From Rhynchopus sp. YZ270_cl-10 (lineage: Eukaryota): a DNA stretch of 64,000 nucleotides. Shown here piece after piece: positions 9,606 to 20,547 of this stretch; position 1 is the stretch's first letter; the number at the start of each line of letters is the position of its first letter. The DNA lies in the NCBI GenBank assembly GCA_964035575.1, contig OZ037844.1, forward strand, positions 496,001 to 560,000, given 5' to 3'. The position numbers were made by a program, and so were the translations under genes. The notes below the pieces were generated by a model, which was not told where the DNA came from, did no database searches, and saw only the letters and a list, made by a program, of their open reading frames with translations.

Positions 9606-12376
9606 CCGCACTATATTTTGCTTTTGGGGCGTGGAGTGTGATTTTTTTTGCTCAAAACATCGCAAATATGAATTTTCGGAGCGATCCGAAAAAAATGCGG
9701 GGTCGGACATTTTTTTTGGTGGAGTTTAAGCCACCTAAAATTGACTTCTAAGTCAGACGTTCTATACGGTTTCTGAACAATTTTAGTGCCGTGAGTTTAC
9801 GTGTATAAACCTTCTGTTACGTGTGCACCTACAGCTACAACAGGCGTTTTCACCTGGAGTTTCACCTCTTTTGGTGGGTTTTTTGAGTCCATACCCAGGT
9901 ATGTGGGGTGGGAAACGCGATTCCGGTGTAAGAACCATGGGTGGTTCCACTGCAGTACCACGTAACCCACGTTTAAATCCCAAAAAACCCCGGTGACACC
10001 ATCTTCTCGGTGAGCAATGAGTGTTACCCGCGCGTGCTCCTTTCGTCACGCAAACCAAAAAGCGGTGCAATGTTGTGAATTTTTGAAGATTTTGTGTGTT
10101 TTCCTGATTTTCGTACATTTTGTTGCGTTTTGGGTTATGATATTGTAGATTTTTGTGTAGATTTCGTGGGTTTTTTCGTTTTTTTTGTTGTAAATTTGGG
10201 CGACCGCCTAAAACACCAAAAATGCAGGTTGGTACCGCAATGAGGCAGAATAGTGCCTATACACATTGTTGTCCTTTACCGTGGGTGTCCAAAGACACAC
10301 TCTTTTGGCTGAAAATGGAGGGTGCGTGCTGGGCAGCTTCACTGCCCACATTAATACAGTAAAACTGGCTGGTGCCTGTATGAAGTGGTTTTTCAGGTCA
10401 AAAATGGCCTGAAAAAGTGGTGTTTTCGGGGTCTGGTACCTGTGTGTGACCATACTACAGGTGGTATGATGAGTGATCTGACCATATTCTCCAGGTATAA
10501 CAAACACCTAAAAAACCAATTGGCGAAGGAATTTTACACTTTTGACCACCACACATTACATGTTTACCAAGGCATTTTTTCCATGCACTTGTGTGTGCTG
10601 GGAAGCATACCGCCAGTGTTAAAAATTCACGAATACCCTACCAAAAACCAGAAAGTCAAAAAACCCATAAAAACCCGAGAAAACTGGTTTTGAAAAAACC
10701 CGAAAAAACCCAAAAAAACCCATAAAAACCCGCATAAAAACCCATCGAAAAAACCCACCTTGCATCACTGGGAGGGGGGGGTCTGAAATTCCCCAAAAAC
10801 GCGGACATTGTCCGCGTTTTTTGTTTTGATGCCACCCCTTAAGAGCCTTAAATTTAAGACAAGTTAAAGACAAATGTGTCGCAAACGCGCAAGTAGCATA
10901 CACATCTTTACGTTGGTGGGGCGAGGGGGCAGGTTCACGTTGTCGAGAAAACCCAGAAATATGCGCAAAATGGAAGTGGAAGTGGAAGTGGAAGTGCAAA
11001 CGTCTCTAATAATGCAGGCATGGGACCTCCGCGGGTTATCGAATCGCGGAGGATATTGTATTCATACACACTGTGACACAAATAAACAAAAAAAAGCAAG
11101 ACGCTGTTTACTGGTAAGGAAAGCTTTTTGATAAAAAAAAATTGAAATTGGTGCTCCTGATGACCCCATATTGCGTACTTAGTGCGTTGTAGCATACTTC
11201 GTTTTTTTTGTATTTCTGGGGTACCAAAAATACAAAAAAACCAGAGCGTGGAAGAAACAAGGAGAGGAAAATATTTTTTTGTGATTGAAAGCGGTGTACG
11301 TTTTGTACAGGGGCGGAGAATAAAATCTGTTCGATAAAACGCGAGTTTATTGTTTTATCTTATTCAGTAGGGAAAGGGAGTGAAACGTTGGTCGATGGTT
11401 CTAAGTCTCACTTAGCCCACCTTTAAACAAAAAAGATGACGAAACACAACCTCAAAAGTAGCCGATTAACCGACCTTTCCCTAGAGAGACAACACCCCAC
11501 CCTGTTGGATGAGGCAAAGTATAGGGAAACGCATCGGTGTCTCATCAGGCCTCTTTTGTTGGGAGGTGTTCTCGTCGCAGATATGAAACAATGGAAAGCA
11601 AGGTTTGTGCCTGTACACATGGCCGGTGGAAACGCATCACTGGATTTTTTTCTTTCTTCACACGGTGGCCTGCGCGGGCCCTTAGGGTAGGGTCCGTGGG
11701 GTACCCCTCAAAGGGTCCGGCAGTCCACCGTGTACTTCAAAAACTCTCTTCCTTGATTGATTTGGTTTTGGTTGAGACCCATCAATGGTGTCGGTTCTGT
11801 GGAATCACTGAACCACCCATATCCTGTATCACATCGTTGATTGTTCTTTCCCTGCGTTGACTGCAGGAAAGTTCTCAAACTATCGCGACCAGGATTCAGT
11901 GTTGCCTCCATTATAAGAGTCCATTGCATTACAGGGAGGGTTGAGTGCATTCTCTCTGTATGTCTTTGGATTTTGCCTTTTTTTGCCAAAAAAAGCATTT
12001 TTGTTTGGGAGTGGGGTTTTTTTGGCCAAGATTTTTCAAAAATGACCAAAAAACCAAAAAAAAAAAAAAGTAATTTCATCATCCAATCAATTATGCCATC
12101 AATAAATTGATAGAATATGTGCACAAGTTGAAACTTCAGTAGATTGAACAAAAAATAGAAACTAACTTCCGGTTCTGAATAAAAAGAAAACAATGAAAAA
12201 CAACTTTTTCGTTTATCGCTCCGCAAGCTTGTTGTGTTTTTTCGCTGAAGTGTGTGTTGTATGAGAGAGAAAAATAATGAGTGAGAAAACACAAGCTGGC
12301 GGGCACGCACCTTCCGTCGTTTCTATTTCCTATTGTCAAGTACCTTGATTTACAAAAAAAAATCGTCAAAAATCAA

Positions 12377-15300
12377 TCATGCTGCTACACGATGCGTCCT
12401 CCACAGGTGGAAGTCCTGCGCCGTTCTAATGAGACTGAGGAGGAAGGGGGCCTCGAACGAAACAGTCTCCCACACAAGAAGGGTGAATATCGCCCCTGTC
12501 TTAGACCCAGGCTCCGGCGCTGGTGCACGAAGCGTCTTCGACGCACCTGAGCGCAGCACCCAGGTGGCTTCCCCGAATGATGTCAGGAAGTTCTGAGCGC
12601 ACTTCATCCCGAAGGTGCTCTTCGGCCACTGGCTAGAGTCTGACCAATCGATCTGAAAGCATTCCACAAACCCAACGAAAAAATACCCCATGGTGTGCGC
12701 CATGCCCAGGGCAAACATCATTGACGCCATCTCTTTATCAGACACAGGGCGCGGGTATTCCATCCACCCCCACCACGCCACGAAGATGAACGGCATCGAG
12801 GTCACCCAAGCTACAAACTCGGCCACCTCCATGAGTGAGTCGATCTGGTATCCTATGACGCCTTCGGCGGACACCCAACGTGGGTCGGACACAACCTGTG
12901 CAGCGATCATCAGGGACCACTGGAACCAGAAGCAGAAGGTCAACGTCTTTGTGGGCATGCCGTCTACCAACGGAACCTTCGTTGCAGCGTCGATGGAGTC
13001 CGTCACACCCATGATGCCGTAAAAAATCGAGTACGCCGCACCAAAGATGAACCCAACGATCTGGACGCTGTCGTCATCACTGTCGGTGTCGGTGTCGGTG
13101 ACCTGCTTGCGTGTGGTCTTGGGCTTGGTGTTCGGCTTATCCCATACAATGGCGTTGAGGTTAGCTGTGACCTCGTCCAGAGCGACCTGGTATTTGCGGC
13201 TTTTGATGTCATCTGCGGTCGCCACAACAGGGGCATAGATTTTTCTGGTCTTGACAAAGCACATCAGCTTGTAGCTGAGGGTCGCAGGGATGGCTCCGAG
13301 GAGGGAGATCAGTGAAAGGATCGTGAGGTCGTCGCCGTCCGGGTTGTCGCGGCTGCGTGTGATGATGGTTTTCCAGAGCGTGCTGATGATGGGGATCTTG
13401 ATCTTTTTGTTGAGCATTTTGATGAAGTTGTGCATCAGCTTTCCACCCAGTTTGAAGAAGCTGTCGCCGGCAGCCTTCGTCTGGTCGAGAACAGCGTTCG
13501 CAACAAAGTCCTTCATGTTGTGGATGAAGTCCTTGAAGGAGAAGCTTGTCCCCTTCTGGTCCATCTGCGCCGCCATGTCTGCTTGGTTGTCCTCCTGACC
13601 CTCTGTGGCTGCCTTCATCGCGGGGGTGGTCTCGGTCATCATTTGCCCTAGCAGTTCCGTTGTCTCTTCGTCTGCATCAAAGAGGTCACCGACCTCCATG
13701 TTCGGCGCCACACCTGTGAACACATCTGTAAGCCAGGTCGCCTGCGGGTCCGTCCCGTACACGGTTTTGTTTTTGTCCTGCTCAGACCTGCCGGGGTCAC
13801 CAACATCTTGGTTAACGTCATTAGCGTTGGCCAGGCTGTCGTCCGCAGTGTCGCCAACAGCCTCCTCCATCTTCTCATTGTATTCTTCAGGCAGGCCACC
13901 CTCAAACTTCTTCTTTATGGTGTCGATGCTGTCGTCGAACCTCTCCCCCATCTTCTTGAACGCCTTTTCCGCATTATTCCCGTATGTGTTGATGTGCAGC
14001 TGAATGAGGTTGCTCGTGTTCAGGATGTCCTTCCAAGCGAAGAAGGACCCAAGCCACTCAAACAGACGTTTGAAGAGAACACCAAGGTGCGCAAAGAGCG
14101 ACTGTGCAGCAGACATCACGTCCTCAACAAACTCAATCACACCCTTCCACACCTTGTGCACGCCGTCCACCAGGAACGTCACACCTGCCTTGAGACCCTT
14201 CTTGAAGAAGCCCTTCTTTTTGCTCTCATCCTCATCGCAGAAGGCAGTGTGCGTCACGTCCACAAACTTCGAGTTCGCACTGGCCATAAGCTCACCATAC
14301 GTGCCGGTGAATGGCACGCCTGGCATTTCATCGATGAGCTTGGACACTTCGTCCTGCGGAAGTGCTTCGTACTTGACACCCTTCACCCCTGTCGAGGAGG
14401 TGGTGTACTCGATGTGGAAGCTTGTCTTCTCGCAGGTCTTTGGGTCCAGGCGGCGGATTTCATGTGCACGTGCGTGCGTGGTGGAGTGGAGGATGGTGCC
14501 CCTGCTGTTGCGTGAGGTGATGGAGCTCAGGTCGTACGCGTTTGTGATGTCTGTCGACTGCTTGCCTGCGTTCACAGTTGCGTGGAGTCCTAACACGAAG
14601 TCATCGTCAAGTCCCTCCTGGTTTGGCGGGAACAACTTCTCGCGCTCGCCGTCGCCTTCTTCGCCATTCACGCCGTTGTCTTCCGGGTCGTGTATGGTAG
14701 CGTCCGTGAGGTCCTTAAGCGACACCTTGGAAAGGTACAGTTGCTCCTCGTTGTTCGGCTCCATGACAGACGTGGCTTCGTTGTGAAGGTCAGTGTGCAG
14801 GTCTGTCCACACCTCGAACACAGGGCAGTGCAGGGAGTCAGCAACACTCATCACGTTGACAACACCACGTGCGTTTGTGTATGCAACCATCTCTGGGTCG
14901 CTCTGCCCAATGCTCACAAGCTTCCCGTTCACACGCAGCACCACGTCGTCCTCAACAGGCTTGTACGACACCTTCGTGTTCGCAACACCAGCCCCGTTCT
15001 TGTCCGTCACCATGAAGTTGATGTTCCACGATGCAAACCGGGTCAGCGTACCTTCGTTGCTCTCTCCAGTCTTCTGCTTGATCCTGGGAACGGAGTAGGT
15101 CGGATTTGCACCATGGGTCATTCGCTGGAACTGCACGGGTTTGTACGCCTTTGTGTCACGTCCAAAGATGAGATCGTCACTGAGTCCGATGGGGTCAGTG
15201 CTGCCTGACGCTACCAGCATGGCAGCGGAGAAAACCCCTGGGGACGTCATCGTCATGCGCCAGGTAAAGGTGGTCGAGACATACGTGTCCAGGAGCTGGA

Positions 15301-17218
15301 GTTGGTCGGCCGCGTTGTAGTACATCGAAAGCTTGCCTGGGGCGAATGTGCGTTCGGAGATGCGCACATCCTCAAGCGGGGTCACGTAGTGCAGTATCTG
15401 CGACGACTCCGCAATGACTTCGTCCCTGCTGACGGGGGTTGCGTACACAGTGTCGTACTTCGTGCCCTTCGAGTACGTCTGCTGCGAGGTCAGGGTCCCC
15501 AACTCATAAAAGTAGATCCCACCATTCTTCGAGTTCGTGAAGAACCCGTCTGCGTGGCTGTTCTTCCCAACAGAAACGCTGGTCGCACTGCCGTGGTCGT
15601 TCGACGTCGCCTGCTCCCATTTCCCAAAGTCGTCGCCAACGACGTGCACATTGTACACCTTCGTTTCCGTTGCAAACGTCACAACTGACATCAGCGTCAC
15701 GACGTCGTTCACCAGCCCCGCACTGAAGACCTTGGAGACCCCTCCCGAAGGTCCACTACCAAGGGACTGCCACCCAGCAGGCTCACCAAAGGTGCACACC
15801 CAGACCACCCCTGTGTCGTCCTCACAGAAGAGCACGAGACGGCCTGCCTTGCTTGTGGTCGTCCAGATGGAAGAGGGGATGTTGCCCTTGGGAAAGCCTG
15901 ACTCGTCTTGCGTCCAGTAGTGCTTGAGGACATCTGCCTCTGAGTTCGCAGTGAAGCGGTGGATGTGCGGTGACGATGTGGAGTCCTTCATCGAGAACAC
16001 AACTGGGGAACCAAGGTGGTACCCTGCAGTGACCCCACGCGAGGAGTGTGCGTCCTCGGTCGCCTCCTCCGGTTCGATGGTGACGTGTGTACGGTGAAAC
16101 GCATCGTCGCTGCTCTGTGTCATCTCCACAAGGTTCCCCGAAGTGTGCGAGTAGAACATTGCTGCGTGGTTCGTCTCTCCAGCAAACGAAGCTCCGATGA
16201 TGGCAGTCGCAGATGCACCCACCTGAATAGGGACAGAGAACTCCGTCCCGTTGTAAGACACTGAGTACAGAAGGTTGTCCTCCGTCACAGCGAAGATCTT
16301 TTCGAACTCAGACGTCTCCCCTTGCACAACAGTGAAGTCGATGATGTCCTTGCTGTCCATCAGCTCCGTGTGCGTCGTCTTCTTTGTGGAGGTGTCATAC
16401 GACTGCCAGTACAAACGCTTCGTCGATTCGCGTGAGTACACCCCAATGCAGTTCTTCTGCTGCGGCAGTGTCGTGACCTCCAGCTGCTCGCTTTTGTTCT
16501 TGCTGCTTGACCAGATTGTTTTCCATGCGTTATCTTTCCAACGGTTAATGTAATAATTCTTCCCCTTATCGTCCGCCACAGACGCGTACACACAGTGGTC
16601 ACCGCCCTTCAGGGTATAGAAATGTTTGTGGCCGTTGCTCATCTCCAGCTGGGTCCAATTATTCTTGGTCTTCGACCAATCGATCTCCCACACCAGGTGG
16701 TTGTTGCTGCCGCTGGTCCGCTCCCACCCTGCGTACAGTCGCATATCGGGGCCAAGCGACAGCACTCTGTTCGTGGTGCTGTGTCCAGACGGGAATGCCC
16801 CGATGTTCGTCCACTTCGACTCCAGGAAGGTCACTCTACCCTTCTTGCCGATGGGGACGGCACGCATGTAGAACACCACGAGGGAGGTGCTGAGCCTGAA
16901 CAGAACAAGCCCCTTGTCATCATAGCCTGCAACCAACTGCTCCGTACTCGACCCCCTCAGCCCCGTATCCTCAACCGCCCAGCCAGTGAAGCTGGCGGGG
17001 TCTTCTTGGTAGTGCCACACCGTCTGTTTGTCGTCAGTGTCGATGACGAAGGCGTGCACCTGCGGGGCAGATCCGTCCACAGGGGCGTACGAGGTGCACA
17101 TGTAGGACCCACCCGAGACCGGCAGCGACGGTGTTGTGTAGTTCTCCATCAGCGCGGACTGTGCGCTCACCAGGGCAGACTTGTTGTTGTCGCCTGCCTT
17201 AGGCGGATCGGAACCCAT
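12377..17218 (-). CDS. Large intronless protein (~1613 aa): beta-propeller-like N-terminal half, Ig-like segment, acidic helical region, hydrophobic C-terminal helices; function unknown, toxin-like architecture
   Basis: Uninterrupted ORF with coding-like composition from the ATG at 17218 (MGSDPPKAG); the upstream extension in the ORF track is low-complexity. Trp-rich beta repeats, an Ig-like stretch (WNINFMVTDKNGAGVANTKV...YTNARGVVNV), motifs LFEWLGSFFAWKDILNT and IPIISTLWK...LISLLGAIPATLSYK, and several C-terminal hydrophobic segments. Confidence 0.85.
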   Translation of the reverse strand: MGSDPPKAGDNNKSALVSAQSALMENYTTPSLPVSGGSYMCTSYAPVDGSAPQVHAFVIDTDDKQTVWHYQEDPASFTGWAVEDTGLRGSSTEQLVAGYDDKGLVLFRLSTSLVVFYMRAVPIGKKGRVTFLESKWTNIGAFPSGHSTTNRVLSLGPDMRLYAGWERTSGSNNHLVWEIDWSKTKNNWTQLEMSNGHKHFYTLKGGDHCVYASVADDKGKNYYINRWKDNAWKTIWSSSKNKSEQLEVTTLPQQKNCIGVYSRESTKRLYWQSYDTSTKKTTHTELMDSKDIIDFTVVQGETSEFEKIFAVTEDNLLYSVSYNGTEFSVPIQVGASATAIIGASFAGETNHAAMFYSHTSGNLVEMTQSSDDAFHRTHVTIEPEEATEDAHSSRGVTAGYHLGSPVVFSMKDSTSSPHIHRFTANSEADVLKHYWTQDESGFPKGNIPSSIWTTTSKAGRLVLFCEDDTGVVWVCTFGEPAGWQSLGSGPSGGVSKVFSAGLVNDVVTLMSVVTFATETKVYNVHVVGDDFGKWEQATSNDHGSATSVSVGKNSHADGFFTNSKNGGIYFYELGTLTSQQTYSKGTKYDTVYATPVSRDEVIAESSQILHYVTPLEDVRISERTFAPGKLSMYYNAADQLQLLDTYVSTTFTWRMTMTSPGVFSAAMLVASGSTDPIGLSDDLIFGRDTKAYKPVQFQRMTHGANPTYSVPRIKQKTGESNEGTLTRFASWNINFMVTDKNGAGVANTKVSYKPVEDDVVLRVNGKLVSIGQSDPEMVAYTNARGVVNVMSVADSLHCPVFEVWTDLHTDLHNEATSVMEPNNEEQLYLSKVSLKDLTDATIHDPEDNGVNGEEGDGEREKLFPPNQEGLDDDFVLGLHATVNAGKQSTDITNAYDLSSITSRNSRGTILHSTTHARAHEIRRLDPKTCEKTSFHIEYTTSSTGVKGVKYEALPQDEVSKLIDEMPGVPFTGTYGELMASANSKFVDVTHTAFCDEDESKKKGFFKKGLKAGVTFLVDGVHKVWKGVIEFVEDVMSAAQSLFAHLGVLFKRLFEWLGSFFAWKDILNTSNLIQLHINTYGNNAEKAFKKMGERFDDSIDTIKKKFEGGLPEEYNEKMEEAVGDTADDSLANANDVNQDVGDPGRSEQDKNKTVYGTDPQATWLTDVFTGVAPNMEVGDLFDADEETTELLGQMMTETTPAMKAATEGQEDNQADMAAQMDQKGTSFSFKDFIHNMKDFVANAVLDQTKAAGDSFFKLGGKLMHNFIKMLNKKIKIPIISTLWKTIITRSRDNPDGDDLTILSLISLLGAIPATLSYKLMCFVKTRKIYAPVVATADDIKSRKYQVALDEVTANLNAIVWDKPNTKPKTTRKQVTDTDTDSDDDSVQIVGFIFGAAYSIFYGIMGVTDSIDAATKVPLVDGMPTKTLTFCFWFQWSLMIAAQVVSDPRWVSAEGVIGYQIDSLMEVAEFVAWVTSMPFIFVAWWGWMEYPRPVSDKEMASMMFALGMAHTMGYFFVGFVECFQIDWSDSSQWPKSTFGMKCAQNFLTSFGEATWVLRSGASKTLRAPAPEPGSKTGAIFTLLVWETVSFEAPFLLSLIRTAQDFHLWRTHRVAA

Positions 17219-18553
17219 GATAAGAGAAAGGGGGTGCTTTTCAACAAAATACCTTTGTCTTCTGTATGGGTAGTTTAAAGAGTATGGTGGTGGGGTGGGA
17301 GTGGGAGGTGGCAGGTGGGAGGGAGATCTGCGATAGATATTACCTAAAGAGACCCGCAAGGGGGATGAGAAGCAATGAAAAAATGATGAGGGAAGGGGGT
17401 GATACTTTTTATCTCGAAAAGAGGCGCGATGAGGGGGGAGAGGCGAATGTGAAGGCTGAAACAATTTAATACTAACTTTCCAACGCCCTCTTGTGAACAG
17501 TGCACCCCTTTGGGACAATGAGCGGCTGTACCGGACACCCAAACCATGCAGTCCTACAATCCATTTCGTGGTTTGCATCTGATGTGCGACTCCCCGCTTC
17601 CACTCAGATGAACGGGGAGCATTGCAAACCAAAACAAATATACAACAAAAACTCTTGTGATGATGCGAGGGGAGATGCTGAATACAATCGTAGCTACCAA
17701 TTGGCTGCAGGATACAGTTTGGGGGAGGTTGTTCTTTCCGGATTCCGGATTAGACGTTCCAAATACAAGCAATATTTTTCAGCTATGCGGACACCTGCCA
17801 ACCTCAAAGCCTGAGGAAAACTAAAACACAACATTACACATAGACAGTGTGGTCTATATTCTCTCGTGCTCAGTATGCTTAGTCACCTTGATCAATCGTA
17901 ATCGCACGCAAGCAAGTGTGTGTGTGTGTGGTGGGGATACATTAAGTAGAGAGGAAAGCGCAAGGAGTGTAATGATGCAAAAAGCTTTTAATGGGTTATA
18001 GACAACAAAAGGTGTTGCCTCAGTGTTATGATACACAAACAAAAAGGGTTGAAGTGGGTCTTTGAGTGGGGTTAAATAGTAGGCAAGAGATGAGAGGGAG
18101 AACTGAACATACAATGTGTAAAGGTTATGACACTGGCCCGTCGCAGAGCCTGAGGACGAGGCTTCTGCTTCCAGTGTGTTAGGGGGTGTCGCTACTCACC
18201 TGTCCGAGGACAGCTGTCCTTATGAGTGCGTGTGGTGTAATGTACATGTGGTGTAGGGGATGGGAGGGGAAGGTGTGGGGTGGGGTATGGTGTGGTGGGG
18301 GTTCAATCGCTTCCCGCACGGTGACCATGTACCCCAGTAATTTCATGATCGTACTTTCCATGTTTTTGTTCACACTTCCTTTCGTGGGCGAGGAGGAGAT
18401 GATGTGACTCCATTCCTGGGCCATACCGTTCACCTCACACCGCTCTTTCCCTTTTGGGTTTCTTCACACACGTCTTTGCTGGTGTAAAGAAAAATGAAGA
18501 GTTTCTGAGGTGAACAATATGACCCTTGCTATTCCCGCTATTCCTCCGTGCTC

Positions 18554-20547
18554 TCACAGTCCTTTACTTTCATCTTTGCGTTGTGCCTTTTCCAGACTTT
18601 CGATCTCCTCCGCAAGCCGCTTACTCTTCTCTGCCAGCTTCGCGTTCTGCTCGCTGCACTGCCTCACTGTCTCCCTCATCTCAGCACATTCCGCTCTGAG
18701 CTCTGCCATGCCGCCTTGCTGCGGCTGCTCCGAGACCGGCGCCGTCTGCTGTGTCGGCCCCAGCACCCCCTTCTGTGCCTCCAACATCTCCTTCTGCTGG
18801 TCCATAACACTCTTCATCATTTCCTGCAGTGCCTTCATTTCCTCCTTCATCGCATAGCCCTGCACCACCGCTGCTTCCAGTGCAGTGTTGCCCAACGTAT
18901 CGGTCTGCAAGCCCACAAGATAGTGCACAGTCTCGGTGTGCCTATACAAATCTGCAAGGTTAAGACAGGTATGACCTTTGTTGTCTGTGGTACTTACTTC
19001 CGCACCTGCTTCGACCAACACCTTCACCTTTGCTAAATTCCCCCTACAGCTAGCCAAGTGCAAAGGCGAACGACCCAAGTTGTTCTTTGCCTCGATGTCT
19101 GCCCCTGCATCAATGAGCACCTGCATCATATCGACATGTCCGTCTTCCACAGCTCTGTGCAACGCAGTGAAGTGTTCATCATCTTTGTGATTCACGTCCA
19201 CATCCTTCAAGCCAGCAAGATAGCGCACAGTCTCGGTAAGGCAATAAAATTCTGCAATGGTAAGACAGGTGTCACCTTTGTTGTCTGTGGGACTTACTTC
19301 CACACCTGCTTTGACCAACATCTTCACAATTGCCACGTTCCCCCAACGGCTAGCCACAAGCAGAGGTGAACGACCCAAGTTGCTCTTTGACTCGATGTCT
19401 GCCCCTGCATCAATGAGCACCTCCACCATATCGACATGTCCTTTATCCACCGCTCTGTGCAACGCAGTGAAGTCTTCATCATCTTTGTGATTCACGTCCA
19501 CATCCTTCAAGCCCACAAGATAGCGCACAGTCTCAGTGTGTCCAAAAACAGCTGCAATGGTAAGACACGTGTTACCTTCGTTGTCTGTGGCACTCACTTC
19601 CGCACCTCCTTCGACCAACATCTTCACAATTGCCATATTCCCCACACGGCTAGCTGCGAGCAGAGGTGAATGACCCAAGTGGTCCTTTGTCTCGATGTCT
19701 GCCCCTGCATCAATAAGCACCTCCACCACACTTGGGTGTTGTGGTGAACCGCTCTGCACAACGCAGTGACACGGCAAACATCTGTGCGATTCACGTCCAC
19801 ATCCTTCAAGCCCACAAGATAGCGCACGGACTCGGTGTGACCATAATATGCTGCACCGGTAAGACACCTGTCATTATTGTATGTGGCACATACTTCCGCA
19901 CCTGCTTCGATCAACATCTTCACAATTGCCATACTCCCGTTCTCGCACGCCAAAAGTAGAGGTGAACGACCCAAGTAGTTCTTTGTCTCGATGTCTGCCC
20001 CTGCATCAATGAGCACCTCCACCGCATCTGGGTGTTGTTGTTACACCGCTCTGCACAACGAAGTGTAGTCTTCTTTATCTGTGTTATTCACGTCCACATC
20101 CTTCAAGCCCACAAGATAGCGCACAGTCTCGGTGTGTCCAAATCGGGCCGCAAGGATAAGACACGTGTTACCTTGATTGTCTGTTGTACTCACTTCCGCA
20201 CCTGCTTTGACCAACATCTTCACCTTTGAGATATTACCATTCTCGCAAGCCACAAGCAGAGGCGAACGTCCCATGTCATTCTTTGCCTCGATGTCTGCCC
20301 CTGCATCAACAAGCGCCTGCACCACATCGCGATAGGTTTTCTTTGCTTCCCACTGCAACGCAGTCATCCCATTCTCATCTGCGTGATTCACGTCCACCTC
20401 CGGCAAACCCGCAAGATTGCGCACAGCCTCGGTGTGTCCATGATGTGCTGCAGGCACTTCACTCGCCACATATGTGGTGTTCCAGCGTCGACCGAACCGA
20501 ATCATCCTTCTGTCGCGCAAACATCTCACAGAAAAACCCTTCAACAT
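18554..20547 (-). pseudogene. Ankyrin-array copy A (5 three-repeat modules), disrupted
   Basis: Same N-terminus and C-terminal coiled coil as the intact copies. In-frame TAA at 20041-20043 (RAV*QQHPDAVEV) and a 1-nt frameshift at ~19745. Confidence 0.85.

Larger units (their letters stand above)
8600..10838. mobile_element. Non-autonomous DNA transposon, PIF/Harbinger-type (48-bp TIRs, TTA target-site duplication), 2239 bp
   Basis: GGGGTGGCATCAAAACAAAAAACGCGGACAATGTCCGCGTTTTTGGGG at 8600-8647 and its exact reverse complement at 10791-10838, with TTA on both sides (8597-8599, 10839-10841). No transposase ORF inside. Confidence 0.85.

Noticed and set aside
11436..11960. Short ORFs between the Harbinger element and the large gene
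   Set aside because: No recognisable motifs or consistent exon chain; at most an unassignable relic.
17219..17632. N-terminal ORF-track extensions (also 8146-8487, 57026-57145, 62928-63095)
   Set aside because: Non-ATG starts and low-complexity upstream tracts; the downstream ATGs mark the shift to coding-like composition.
18179..18433. 84-aa ORF (MNGMAQEW...) repeated in every array spacer
   Set aside because: Non-ATG start, low-complexity middle and no recognisable motif; conservation is explained by tandem duplication.
20041..20043. Stop-codon reassignment (TAA read as Gln/Glu) in ankyrin copy A
   Set aside because: It is the only such in-frame TAA, the same gene also has a frameshift, and none of the long intact ORFs needs read-through.
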